Assembly (NCBI GenBank): GCA_947489445.1
Contig: CANLDN010000008.1
Location: forward strand, 14,614 to 78,613
DNA length: 64,000 nt
Source of the DNA: an uncultured Rhodobacteraceae bacterium
Lineage (GTDB): Bacteria; Pseudomonadota; Alphaproteobacteria; Rhodobacterales; Rhodobacteraceae
Direction: 5' to 3'
Part shown: positions 1 to 8,706 of the stretch, piece by piece
How the letters are laid out: every line of letters begins with the position of its first letter
How positions within the stretch are numbered: position 1 is the first letter of the stretch
Notes under the pieces: model-generated
What the model saw: the letters and a program-made list of their open reading frames with translations, nothing else
Databases searched by the model: none
Told to the model about the DNA's origin: nothing
Made by a program: the position numbers and the translations under genes

Positions 1-2
1 CA

Positions 3-227
3 CGGCAAATGTCCAATCCGGAGGAATTCTTTCAGGCCGAGTTACGCACTGGCCGCGAGCGTCGTGTGGACCTCGAAGCGCCTGTGCCGGTTCATCTGGT
101 TTATCGCACTGCCTTTACCAAGGCAGATGGACCTATGCAGTTCCGCCGCGACGTTTATGGCCGCGATGGCCGTATCTGGGACGCGCTGTCACGCGAAGGG
201 GTGGCAGTTCGCGCCGTTCGGGGGTAA
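3..227 (+). CDS. C-terminal end of a murein L,D-transpeptidase (YcbB/YkuD-like), 5'-truncated by the window edge
   Basis: Translation ...ERRVDLEAPVPVHLVYRTAF...MQFRRDVYGRD resembles the C-terminus of alphaproteobacterial YcbB-type L,D-transpeptidases; this gene typically precedes lpxD in Rhodobacterales. Confidence 0.75.
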   Translation, partial: RQMSNPEEFFQAELRTGRERRVDLEAPVPVHLVYRTAFTKADGPMQFRRDVYGRDGRIWDALSREGVAVRAVRG

Positions 228-258
228 ATCTGACCTTGGGTTTGACGCCGGGGGTAAG

Positions 259-1320
259 ATGACACATGCGATCAAAGACATTGCAGCGGCGCTCGGGGCA
301 CAAGCCTTTGGCGCCGTTGATATTTTGGTTGATAGCGCATCCGAACCCGCAACGGCGGGACCGCGCGATTTAGCTTTGGCGATGACGCCTGCTTATGGTG
401 CAGCTTTGGCAAAGGGTGCTGCGCGGGCGGCGGTCGTCTGGCAGGATGCCGACTGGCAGGCATTGGGGTTGGAGGCGGCAATCATTGCGCCGCGCGCCCG
501 GCTTGCGATGGCCGGTCTGACGCAGATGCTGGATCGTCCCCAAGAGGGGCACGGGATCAGTCCACAGGCGTTCATTGATCCGACCGCACAGATTGGCGCT
601 GATGTATCAATCGGGCCGTTTTGTGTGATTGGCGCCGGTGCCGTTATCGCTCGCGGCACGTGGTTGGCTGACCACGTCAGTGTCGCGGCTGGCGTGCAGA
701 TCGGCGCAGATTGCCAGATCCATGCTGGCGTACGGTTGCAGCGTGGTGTGCGGCTTGGTGATCGGGTCATCTTGCAACCGAATGTCGCGATAGGTGGCGA
801 TGGTTTTTCCTTTGTCAGTGCAGTCCCGTCGAATGTGGAACTGGCCCGCGAGACGATGGGAAATGTCCCGCTTAACGCCCCCGAAGATCCGACCTGGCAT
901 CGGATACATTCGTTGGGCGGGGTTGAGATCGGGCACGATGTGGAGATTGGTGCCAATTCCACCGTTGATGCCGGGACCATTCGGGCGACCCGGGTGGGCA
1001 AGGGGACCAAGATCGATAACCTGGTACAGGTTGGCCACAATGTCATTGTCGGCGATCATTGTCTGCTTTGCGCGCAAGCCGGTGTTGCCGGCTCAACCGT
1101 GATTGGCGACCGGGTTGTCGTCGGTGGCAAGGCAGGGGTGGCTGACAATCTGACCGTTGGGGATGATGTTGTTCTGGGCGGCGGTTCTGTCGTTTTGTCC
1201 AATGTGCCTGCGGGTCGTGTCATGATGGGCTATCCCGCCACCAAGATGCAGACACATATTGACAGCTACAAGGCGCTGCGCCGTTTGCCACGCCTTCTGA
1301 TGCGTTTGGGAAAAGGTTAA
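259..1320 (+). CDS. lpxD: UDP-3-O-(3-hydroxyacyl)glucosamine N-acyltransferase
   Basis: Hexapeptide repeats, IGGDGFSF, VEIGANSTVD and KIDNLVQVGHNV motifs. Start placed at ATG 259 (MTHAIKDIAAAL) rather than the ORF-track start at 64. Confidence 0.95.
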   Translation: MTHAIKDIAAALGAQAFGAVDILVDSASEPATAGPRDLALAMTPAYGAALAKGAARAAVVWQDADWQALGLEAAIIAPRARLAMAGLTQMLDRPQEGHGISPQAFIDPTAQIGADVSIGPFCVIGAGAVIARGTWLADHVSVAAGVQIGADCQIHAGVRLQRGVRLGDRVILQPNVAIGGDGFSFVSAVPSNVELARETMGNVPLNAPEDPTWHRIHSLGGVEIGHDVEIGANSTVDAGTIRATRVGKGTKIDNLVQVGHNVIVGDHCLLCAQAGVAGSTVIGDRVVVGGKAGVADNLTVGDDVVLGGGSVVLSNVPAGRVMMGYPATKMQTHIDSYKALRRLPRLLMRLGKG

Positions 1321-1384
1321 GTTCCTGTTTTAAATCCATGCGAAAATGCCTAAATCCAGTTTGAGCAAAAAACAGGCACAGCAG

Positions 1385-1645
1385 ATGAGCATCAAAGAAC
1401 AGATCATCACGATTATTGCCGAACAGGCGATGGTGGAACCGGCCGATGTGAAGATGTCGCACAGTCTGGAAGATCTGGGCATCGATAGCATGGCCTTGGT
1501 CGAAAGCATCTTTGCGATCGAAGAAGCGTTTGACATCACGGTGCCATTCAACGCCAACAACCCCAATGAAAGCAATTTCGATATCTCGTCGGTGGCATCT
1601 ATCGTTGCCGCAGTCGAGACGTTGAAAGCAGCGCAGGGTAAATGA
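1385..1645 (+). CDS. Acyl carrier protein (specialised NodF/AcpXL-like)
   Basis: Acidic 86-aa protein with the phosphopantetheine motif DLGIDSM, directly upstream of a ketosynthase. Confidence 0.9.
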   Translation: MSIKEQIITIIAEQAMVEPADVKMSHSLEDLGIDSMALVESIFAIEEAFDITVPFNANNPNESNFDISSVASIVAAVETLKAAQGK

Positions 1646-2854
1646 ATGCGTCGCGTGGTGATTACCGGTGCCGGGACGATCAACCCGCTGGGTGCGAATG
1701 TGCCTGCAACGCTAGAGGCTATGCGCGAAGGTCGTTGTGGCATCGGCCCGCTTGAGATTGCCGATGTGGATCGTTTGTCGATACAGATCGGGGGCCAGAT
1801 CAAGGGCTACGACGAAGCGGCCCATTTCAATCGCCAGCAAATTGCCCTTTATGATCGATTCACCCAGTTCACATTGCTGGCCGCCCGCGAGGCCATTGCC
1901 CAGTCTGGCCTGACATTCACCGGCGCATTGGCCGATCATTCGGGTGTCGTGCTTGGAACGTCTGGCGGTGGCCTGAATACGCAGGATGAGAATTATCGTG
2001 CGGTCTATGAGGCCGGTAAGAATCGCGTCCATCCCTTTATTGTGCCTAAGCTGATGAATAATGCAGCCGCGTCGCACGTGTCGATGGAGTGGAACTTGCG
2101 GGGCCCTTCATTCACGGTGGCGACGGCCTGTGCGTCCTCCAATCATGCGATGGGGCAGGCGTTCAACATGGTCCGCTGCGGTATGGCTAAGGTGATGGTG
2201 ACCGGCGGATCAGAGGCGATGTTATGCTTTGGCGGGATCAAGGCCTGGGAAGGGCTGCGGGTGATGTCCAAGGACGCATGCCGCCCGTTTTCAGCTACGC
2301 GCAATGGCATGGTGCAAGGCGAAGGGGCGGGGGTTTTCGTGTTCGAAGATTACGAACACGCAATGGCCCGTGGCGCGGATATTCTCTGCGAAGTTGCGGG
2401 CTTTGCGATGTCGTCGGATGCATCCGATATCGTGATGCCGTCCAAACAAGGTGCGGCACGGGCGATTGCGGGTGCGCTGAACGACGCCCGCCTGCCCAAG
2501 GACAGTGTTGGCTACATCAATGCCCATGGCACAGGGACAGCGGCCAATGACAAGACAGAATGCGCCGCAGTTGCGGATGTTTTCGGGGCGCATGCGGATC
2601 AGTTGATGATATCGTCAACTAAATCCATGCATGGTCATCTGATTGGCGGAACCGGTGCGGTCGAATTGCTGGCCTGTATCATGGCGTTGCGCGACGGGGT
2701 GGTTGCACCCACGATTGGCTATCAAGAACCCGACCCCGAATGCGCGCTGGACGTGGTGCCGAATGTCGCCCGTGATGCGGCAGTCAATGTGGTTCTGTCC
2801 AATGCCTTTGCGTTTGGCGGGTTCAACGCCGTTTTGGCCCTGCGAAGGCACTAG
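1646..2854 (+). CDS. fabF: Beta-ketoacyl-ACP synthase (FabF/NodE-like)
   Basis: MRRVVITG start, catalytic Cys in TACASSNHA, YINAHGTGT, STKSMHGH and SNAFAFGG motifs; starts immediately after the ACP stop. Confidence 0.9.
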   Translation: MRRVVITGAGTINPLGANVPATLEAMREGRCGIGPLEIADVDRLSIQIGGQIKGYDEAAHFNRQQIALYDRFTQFTLLAAREAIAQSGLTFTGALADHSGVVLGTSGGGLNTQDENYRAVYEAGKNRVHPFIVPKLMNNAAASHVSMEWNLRGPSFTVATACASSNHAMGQAFNMVRCGMAKVMVTGGSEAMLCFGGIKAWEGLRVMSKDACRPFSATRNGMVQGEGAGVFVFEDYEHAMARGADILCEVAGFAMSSDASDIVMPSKQGAARAIAGALNDARLPKDSVGYINAHGTGTAANDKTECAAVADVFGAHADQLMISSTKSMHGHLIGGTGAVELLACIMALRDGVVAPTIGYQEPDPECALDVVPNVARDAAVNVVLSNAFAFGGFNAVLALRRH

Positions 2855-2886
2855 AAGGCCGCGCATTCTGTAAATGGCGGCCTTCT
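2853..2886. terminator. Bidirectional intrinsic terminator hairpin between convergent fabF and ialB
   Basis: AGAAGGCCGC...CATT-ctgta-AATG...GCGGCCTTCT inverted repeat directly between two stop codons. Confidence 0.7.
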
Positions 2887-2891
2887 AATGA

Positions 2892-3506
2892 TCAGTTCTG
2901 CGTCACGACACCGTCGTAACCCGCGGTGAAGCCGGTGAGTGACAGCGTCAAAACAACTTCCTCGGTGGGCGCGGCAGCGGGGACTAAACGGACGGTGGCT
3001 GTGGCACCACGTTTGAACTGTTCCACCTCTGCTTCGGTAAAGCCAAGCCGGGCGACGCAGCCACCCGCATTACAGAACGTGAAAGGATACCGGCGCGCAT
3101 TTGCACCATCAACAGCCAGCGTCAATTGCTGCGTCAGAAGCGTTTCCAATGGGGCGACGATCGTCGCGCCAGCGGCAGCACGGGACCCATCGGGCAGACG
3201 GAAGAAATTGAATTCGGCAACCGGGGCGCCGTTTTCATCAGTAAGCAATTGATAAAGGTTGCACGGGTCATCTTGCCCTTCGGGTGACTTGATGCAGCGC
3301 ATCGCCCAATCGCCAAATTCCTGCAGAATGTAAGGCTGGCCGATCTGTGGGCCAACCGGTTCACCCAAGCTCAGATCCTCACCAGGCTCAGCTGCCGGTT
3401 CTTCGGTATTCTGGTCGTCAACCTGTGGCTCGCTCTCTTGTGCAAAGGCCATGCCGGCCTGGGTCAGCAAGGCGGCAACGAAAAGGGATTTGAGCGTACT
3501 GCGCAT
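2892..3506 (-). CDS. Invasion-associated locus B (IalB) family periplasmic protein
   Basis: Signal peptide; FGDWAMRC...C.LYQ, APLETLL and YPFTFC..GGCVA motifs typical of IalB proteins. Confidence 0.85.
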   Translation of the reverse strand: MRSTLKSLFVAALLTQAGMAFAQESEPQVDDQNTEEPAAEPGEDLSLGEPVGPQIGQPYILQEFGDWAMRCIKSPEGQDDPCNLYQLLTDENGAPVAEFNFFRLPDGSRAAAGATIVAPLETLLTQQLTLAVDGANARRYPFTFCNAGGCVARLGFTEAEVEQFKRGATATVRLVPAAAPTEEVVLTLSLTGFTAGYDGVVTQN

Positions 3507-3624
3507 ATGATAGGTCCTTTGTTATTTGCGCAGGGGCTTAGCATGCGTAGGCAGCTCTGTCAGTGTAAAAAGCGGGTTTTGCGGCGTTCTTCCGCTCACG
3601 TTTCCGATGGGATTTGTGCATAGA

Positions 3625-3648
3625 AAAAGGGTCCCGCAGGACCCTTTT
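3625..3648. terminator. Perfect 10-bp hairpin AAAAGGGTCC-cgca-GGACCCTTTT (terminator-like, or 5' stem of an sRNA)
   Basis: Inverted repeat read directly from the sequence, with A/T runs on both sides. Confidence 0.5.
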
Positions 3649-3764
3649 CCATTTTCTCCCTGTCGGACTTGGCCGACTAATTGCACGGGAAGCTACGCAA
3701 AGCTGGGACATCCGTCAACAGCAAATCAATGACGGAAACGTGATTGAGCGGGGCGCCGCAATCC

Positions 3765-3850
3765 AAAAAAAAAACCGTGCCCAAAGGCACGGCAAGTCTA
3801 ACAGGGAGGAAGTATGCCAACGCACGCATCAGCTGCGCGGATGACGTGCT
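3765..3850 (-). ncRNA. Putative alpha-r8/SuhB (MmgR-like) small RNA
   Basis: Minus strand reads: 5' hairpin (GCACG...CGTGC), then CUUCCUCCCUGUUAGACUUG (anti-SD-like core resembling the UUUCCUCCCU decamer of alpha-r8 RNAs), then terminator CCGUGCC-uuug-GGCACGG plus a 10-U tract. The 5' end is estimated. Confidence 0.6.
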
Positions 3851-3882
3851 TTAGACTGGCATGAAATGGTTAAGAATGTATT

Positions 3883-3896
3883 TTGATCACAATCAA
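3883..3896. promoter_or_regulatory. FNR/FnrL-type binding site
   Basis: TTGAT-CACA-ATCAA is a perfect match to the TTGAT-N4-ATCAA consensus. Confidence 0.7.
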
Positions 3897-3915
3897 ATCA
3901 CGAGGGACCCGTTAC

Positions 3916-5454
3916 ATGTCAGATCACATCTTTATGGGCGGCGGTGGCAATGGCTACGGCGCGCCACAAGTCTTGCGACAAGATAAGGCCAACCGCCATG
4001 GGTTGATCGCTGGGGCGACAGGGACAGGTAAGACGGTCACCCTGCAAATCATGGCGGAGGGATTTTCAGCCGCAGGCGTGCCAGTATTCCTGTCAGATGT
4101 GAAGGGCGATTTATCCGGACTTGCGGCGTCCGGATCACCTGAGTTCAAGCTGCACGATGCATTCATGAAGCGGGCAGAGACGATTGGTTTTGATCTGGAA
4201 TATGACAGTTTCCCTGTGACATTTTGGGATTTGTTCGGTCGGCAAGGTCACCCGATCCGCGCAACCGTGGCCGAGATGGGCCCCCTATTATTGTCGCGCC
4301 TGATGGAGCTGACGGATGTGCAGGAGGGCGTACTGAACGTCGCGTTTCGTGTCGCGGACGAGGAAGGGTTGCCACTGCTTGACTTGAAGGATTTGCAGGC
4401 CTTGCTGGTTTGGGTCGGTCAAAATGCCAAGGAATTGTCGCTGCGCTATGGCAATGTTGCCTCGTCCTCTGTCGGGGCGATCCAGCGCCAGTTGCTGGTG
4501 CTGGAAAACCAAGGTGGGACGGCGCTGTTTGGTGAACCGGCCCTTGTTTTGTCGGATATGATGCGCACCCGTGATGGTCGGGGCGAGATTAACATTTTGG
4601 CGGCGGACCAGTTGATGGGGTCGCCCCGGTTGTATGCGACTTTCCTGCTGTGGCTGTTGTCAGAGCTGTTCGAGGAGCTGCCGGAGGTCGGAAACCCGGA
4701 CAAACCCAAGCTGGTATTTTTCTTTGATGAGGCGCATCTGCTGTTTGACGATGCTCCGAAAGCGTTGGTGGACAAGGTTGAACAGGTGGCTCGCCTGATC
4801 CGATCCAAGGGTGTGGGCGTTTACTTTGTCACCCAGAACCCGGGCGATATTCCGGATGACGTATTGGGCCAATTGGGCAATCGCGTGCAGCATGCTTTAC
4901 GCGCGTTCACCGCCAAGGACCGCAAGGAGTTGAAGACGGCTGCCGAAACCTATCGCGACAATCCCGGTTTCGATACGGCCACGGCTATTCAAGAGGTTGG
5001 AACGGGCGAGGCTGTGACCTCATTCCTTGATCGTAAGGGCATCCCAATGGTGGTGGAGCGGACATTGATCCGGCCCCCGTCATCACAGTTGGGTCCAATT
5101 GATCAGGCGACCCGGGCGGCGATCATGAAAGCGTCTGATATGGCAGGGAAGTATGACACCGCTGCGGATCGCGAAAGCGCCTTCGAGATGCTGAACAAAC
5201 GGGCCGAGATTGCGGCGAAGGAAGCCGAAGCGGCAGAAGCTGCGGAGGCCGCGTTGGAAGAAAAAGAGCGCGAATTCAAAGCAGGCCGCCGCTATGATGG
5301 CGGCGGGATGGGGCGGTCGACGTCGCGCCGGTCCTCACGGTCGTCGGGTGGATTTGGCGGGGCGCTGGCTTCGGTTGTGGCCAAGGAATTGACCGGCACG
5401 TCGGGGCGCCGGTTGGTACGTGGCATTTTGGGTAGCTTGTTCAAGGGACGTTGA
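3916..5454 (+). CDS. HerA-like P-loop ATPase (DUF853/YjgR family)
   Basis: [16 protein letters not shown] Walker [19 protein letters not shown] Walker [18 protein letters not shown] and QHALRAFT motifs. Confidence 0.9.
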   Translation: MSDHIFMGGGGNGYGAPQVLRQDKANRHGLIAGATGTGKTVTLQIMAEGFSAAGVPVFLSDVKGDLSGLAASGSPEFKLHDAFMKRAETIGFDLEYDSFPVTFWDLFGRQGHPIRATVAEMGPLLLSRLMELTDVQEGVLNVAFRVADEEGLPLLDLKDLQALLVWVGQNAKELSLRYGNVASSSVGAIQRQLLVLENQGGTALFGEPALVLSDMMRTRDGRGEINILAADQLMGSPRLYATFLLWLLSELFEELPEVGNPDKPKLVFFFDEAHLLFDDAPKALVDKVEQVARLIRSKGVGVYFVTQNPGDIPDDVLGQLGNRVQHALRAFTAKDRKELKTAAETYRDNPGFDTATAIQEVGTGEAVTSFLDRKGIPMVVERTLIRPPSSQLGPIDQATRAAIMKASDMAGKYDTAADRESAFEMLNKRAEIAAKEAEAAEAAEAALEEKEREFKAGRRYDGGGMGRSTSRRSSRSSGGFGGALASVVAKELTGTSGRRLVRGILGSLFKGR

Positions 5455-5494
5455 GGCAACGTAAGGTGGATCAAGATCCACCTTACGTTGCCGG

Positions 5495-7285
5495 TCACTC
5501 ACCCAAGGCAATACCCTCGCGTCGAGGATCGGCACCGCCCTGCAGCGTGTCACCAATCGCGATGGCATGCAGGCCAGAGTTGAGGCCGCGGATATTGACC
5601 TCATAGCCCAACTCTGTCAGGGGGTCTTCCAATGATATCAAATCGGTGCCTTCTTCGATGTCATAGGTGCCGAAGCGGTTCACCAGATGCGGCATGGACA
5701 CCGCTTGTTGCACATCCATCCCCCAATCGACATGAGCAATGATGGCCTTGGCCACATACCCAATAATTCGGCTGCCACCGGGGCTGCCAATGACCAGGGT
5801 CGGCTCCCCATCCTGGGTCACGATTGTGGGCGACATGGATGACCTTGGCCGCTTACCCGGTTCGATCCGGTTGGCGATTGGGTAGCCATCATTATGGGTC
5901 GCGAAGGAAAAATCGGTCAATTCGTTATTGAGCAGGAACCCCCGCACGAAAAGCCGCGAGCCAAACCCGTTTTCGATGGTAGTGGTCATGGAAAGCGCAT
6001 TGCCGTAACTGTCCACGATCGAGATGTGTGAGGTTGATGGGAATTCGATGCTCAGATCATCCCCCCACAGCTGTGCGTGGTCCCAGTTCGGGTTACCAGC
6101 TGTCACCTCTGGCAGGGCATCATCCCCTCGCAACAAGGTTGCGCGTTCGGCTAGATAGGCGGGGTCTGTAAGACCCTCGGTTGGCATAGGGACATAGTCG
6201 CTATCGGCCATGTAACGCCCCCGATCCGCGAATGCGAGCCGGGATGCATCACCGATCAGCCGCCATGTGTCAGGGTCAGCCGGATCGGAGATATCGTAGC
6301 TATCTAACATACCCAGGATCTGCCCGACGGTCAGCGCACCGGAGGAGGGTGGACCCATGCCGCAGACTTCAAAACTGCGGTAGGGCACGCAGACCGGATC
6401 GCGTTCAACAACATCATAGAGCGCCATATCCACGGTCGATAGCACGCCAGGGTTTCCCGGCGCGTTGCGGATGGTGGCCACGATATCCTCTGCAATGGGT
6501 CCGGTGTAGAATGCGTCTGTGCCGCGTGAGGCGATCTGGCGTAACGTGTCGGCATAGGCGGCGTTCGTCAGCAGATCACCAGCGGCCACGGCAGTACCCC
6601 CAGGAAAGAAATAGTCCGCGGTGTCGGGAAACCGTTGCAAGCGGTCCGCGTCGTTCGCAATCGCACCCGCCATGCGCGGTGAGACGATAAAGCCGCTGTC
6701 AGCCAGCGCAATCGCGTCCGTAAACAAATCTGCCCAATTGCTTTGCCCCCAGCGTCGATGCGCGTCTTCGATCAGTTTGGGTGTGCCGGGGGTGCCGACA
6801 GAAAGCCCGCCAACAACCGCATCGAAGAACCCCAGCCGTTCGCCGTTTTCATCCTGAAACAGTGTCGGTGTGGCGGCAATTGGCGCGGTTTCCCTGCCAT
6901 CAAGCGTCGTCATCTCACCGGTTGCGGCGTCGTACCAGACCAAAAATGCGCCACCACCAAGGCCGGAAGACTGCGGTTCAACCAACCCGAGCACCGCTTG
7001 CACGGCGACCATGGCATCGGCTGCGGTGCCCCCGTCAGCCAGGACAGCGGCCCCCGCCTCAACCGCCAGCGGATTGGCGGCGACAACCATCCAGTCATCT
7101 GCGCTGACAGGGCGGCCTTCCTGTTTCGCGGTCATGGCCGCATCAGCGGCACCGGACAGGTTGGCGAAGGCGGCCATCGCCGTCGCCTCTTCCGGCGATA
7201 CACTATCAGCGGCTTGCTGGGCAAAGGTTGGGGTAACGATGCAAAGGGTCAACAAACACGATGGGAACAGATGGCGAAGCGTCAT
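5495..7285 (-). CDS. ggt: Gamma-glutamyltransferase
   Basis: Signal peptide; VEPQSSGLGGGAF, DGRETAP, catalytic Thr in STSHISIVD, LLNNELTDFS and PGKRPRSSMSP. GAGGA SD precedes ATG 7285. Confidence 0.95.
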   Translation of the reverse strand: MTLRHLFPSCLLTLCIVTPTFAQQAADSVSPEEATAMAAFANLSGAADAAMTAKQEGRPVSADDWMVVAANPLAVEAGAAVLADGGTAADAMVAVQAVLGLVEPQSSGLGGGAFLVWYDAATGEMTTLDGRETAPIAATPTLFQDENGERLGFFDAVVGGLSVGTPGTPKLIEDAHRRWGQSNWADLFTDAIALADSGFIVSPRMAGAIANDADRLQRFPDTADYFFPGGTAVAAGDLLTNAAYADTLRQIASRGTDAFYTGPIAEDIVATIRNAPGNPGVLSTVDMALYDVVERDPVCVPYRSFEVCGMGPPSSGALTVGQILGMLDSYDISDPADPDTWRLIGDASRLAFADRGRYMADSDYVPMPTEGLTDPAYLAERATLLRGDDALPEVTAGNPNWDHAQLWGDDLSIEFPSTSHISIVDSYGNALSMTTTIENGFGSRLFVRGFLLNNELTDFSFATHNDGYPIANRIEPGKRPRSSMSPTIVTQDGEPTLVIGSPGGSRIIGYVAKAIIAHVDWGMDVQQAVSMPHLVNRFGTYDIEEGTDLISLEDPLTELGYEVNIRGLNSGLHAIAIGDTLQGGADPRREGIALGE

Positions 7286-7354
7286 GGTCTTCCTCATTCT
7301 TTATGTGAATGAGGTAGCATTGACCCAAGGGCAGCCAAAGGCAAGGGATGCGCG

Positions 7355-8656
7355 TCAGAGTTTGCGGATCTTGAGCGTGGCGATCCGGTTTTCGGCCTTG
7401 CTGAGCACTTCGAACCGGAAACCGTGGAACGAGAATACTTGCCCTTCAACGGGAATCATCTGTGCTTCGTGAATGACAAGTCCGGCTACGGTATTGGCCT
7501 CATCGTCAGGCAGGTTCCAATCATGCGCGCGATTAAGGTCGCGGATCGTCATGCCCCCATCGACGATATAGGCACCGTCAGAAGTTGCGGCGATTTGTTC
7601 TTCTTCGTCATCATCGAATTCGTCGGCGATTTCGCCCACGATTTCCTCGAGGATGTCTTCGAGTGTGATCAGCCCCTGCAACCCGCCATATTCATCAACG
7701 ACGAGCGCAAAATGCGTCTTTCGCTTGAGAAAGTTGCGCATCTGATCGTCAAGCGTCGTGGTCTCAGGAATAAAATAGGGTTCCATCGCGACGCGCGTCA
7801 CGTCGAAGTCGGCTAGACCTTTGGCATTCACCTCGCCGCCGCCAAGCAGCTTGTGCATGGCGCGCAACAGGTCTTTTGCATGGATCACGCCGACAATGTT
7901 TTCCTGATCATCGCGGAACAGCGGCAGGCGCGTGTGCTGGCTGGTTAGAATCTGCGCCAGAATATCCTGCGCGGGCTGGTTCGCGTCGATCATTTCGATG
8001 CTGGAGCGGTGCAGCATCACCTCTTCCACGGTGCGTTCGTTCAGGTCGAGCGCGCCAAGGATGCGGTCGCGGTCTTCCTTTTCGACGATCCCTTCGGAAT
8101 GACCTAATGACAGCGCGCCCGCAATTTCTTCGCGTACGGCCAGGATGTTGCTGTCAGGGTCAGTCCGCACACCGAACAGATACAACACACCGCGAACCAG
8201 GTAGCGTACGGCCGTCACGATAGGCGAGAAGATCAGGACGATAAAACCGATCGGGGCGGCCACGCGCGAGGCTACCGCCTCTGGATAGGTAATCGCAAAG
8301 GTTTTTGGCAGCACCTCGGCGAAGATCAAAACGAGCAGGGTCATGATCAGGGTGGCAGCAGCTACGCCGTTTTGGCCAAAAAATTGGGTCAGCACGGCAG
8401 TGGCGAGTGAGGTGGCGAGGATGTTGACCACATTATTGCCCAGCAACACAGAACCAATCAGACGTTCATTGTCTTCGGTGATATGCAACGCCCGTTCGGC
8501 CCCTTTGGACCCTTTGTCCGCGGCGGTCCGCAGTTTTCCACGCGATGCCGCCGTCAGTGCGGTTTCAGAGCCGGAAAAAAAGCCGGACATCACGAGCAGG
8601 ACCATAATTGCACCCGCCGTGATCCAAAAGGCGGCGTCAGAGATCGTCGGTTCCAT
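7355..8656 (-). CDS. HlyC/CorC (CNNM + CBS pair + CorC_HlyC) family transporter-associated protein
   Basis: SGFFSGSETAL, AEVLPKT, HTRLPLF, ALVVDEYG, ITLEDILEEIVGEI and GGMTIRDLNR motifs. Confidence 0.92.
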   Translation of the reverse strand: MEPTISDAAFWITAGAIMVLLVMSGFFSGSETALTAASRGKLRTAADKGSKGAERALHITEDNERLIGSVLLGNNVVNILATSLATAVLTQFFGQNGVAAATLIMTLLVLIFAEVLPKTFAITYPEAVASRVAAPIGFIVLIFSPIVTAVRYLVRGVLYLFGVRTDPDSNILAVREEIAGALSLGHSEGIVEKEDRDRILGALDLNERTVEEVMLHRSSIEMIDANQPAQDILAQILTSQHTRLPLFRDDQENIVGVIHAKDLLRAMHKLLGGGEVNAKGLADFDVTRVAMEPYFIPETTTLDDQMRNFLKRKTHFALVVDEYGGLQGLITLEDILEEIVGEIADEFDDDEEEQIAATSDGAYIVDGGMTIRDLNRAHDWNLPDDEANTVAGLVIHEAQMIPVEGQVFSFHGFRFEVLSKAENRIATLKIRKL

Positions 8657-8706
8657 CAGATACTTTCAATAAAGATATGGTCTTATGTAGGTTGTGTGCG
8701 CCTGCT

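Noticed and set aside
1331-1358. Direct repeat TAAATCCA x2 at 20-nt spacing upstream of the ACP gene
   Set aside because: Only two 8-mers in an AT-rich spacer; this cannot be told from chance without conservation data.
3814-3864. 16-codon plus-strand ORF (MPTHASAARMTCFRLA) behind a strong AGGGAGGA SD
   Set aside because: The SD is simply the reverse complement of the sRNA's CCUCCC core; the sRNA explains the sequence better.
3916-5454. HerA-like ATPase as part of an anti-phage (HerA/NurA or Sir2-HerA) system
   Set aside because: It has DUF853/YjgR-type motifs and no nuclease or sirtuin partner next to it; it looks like the common stand-alone gene.
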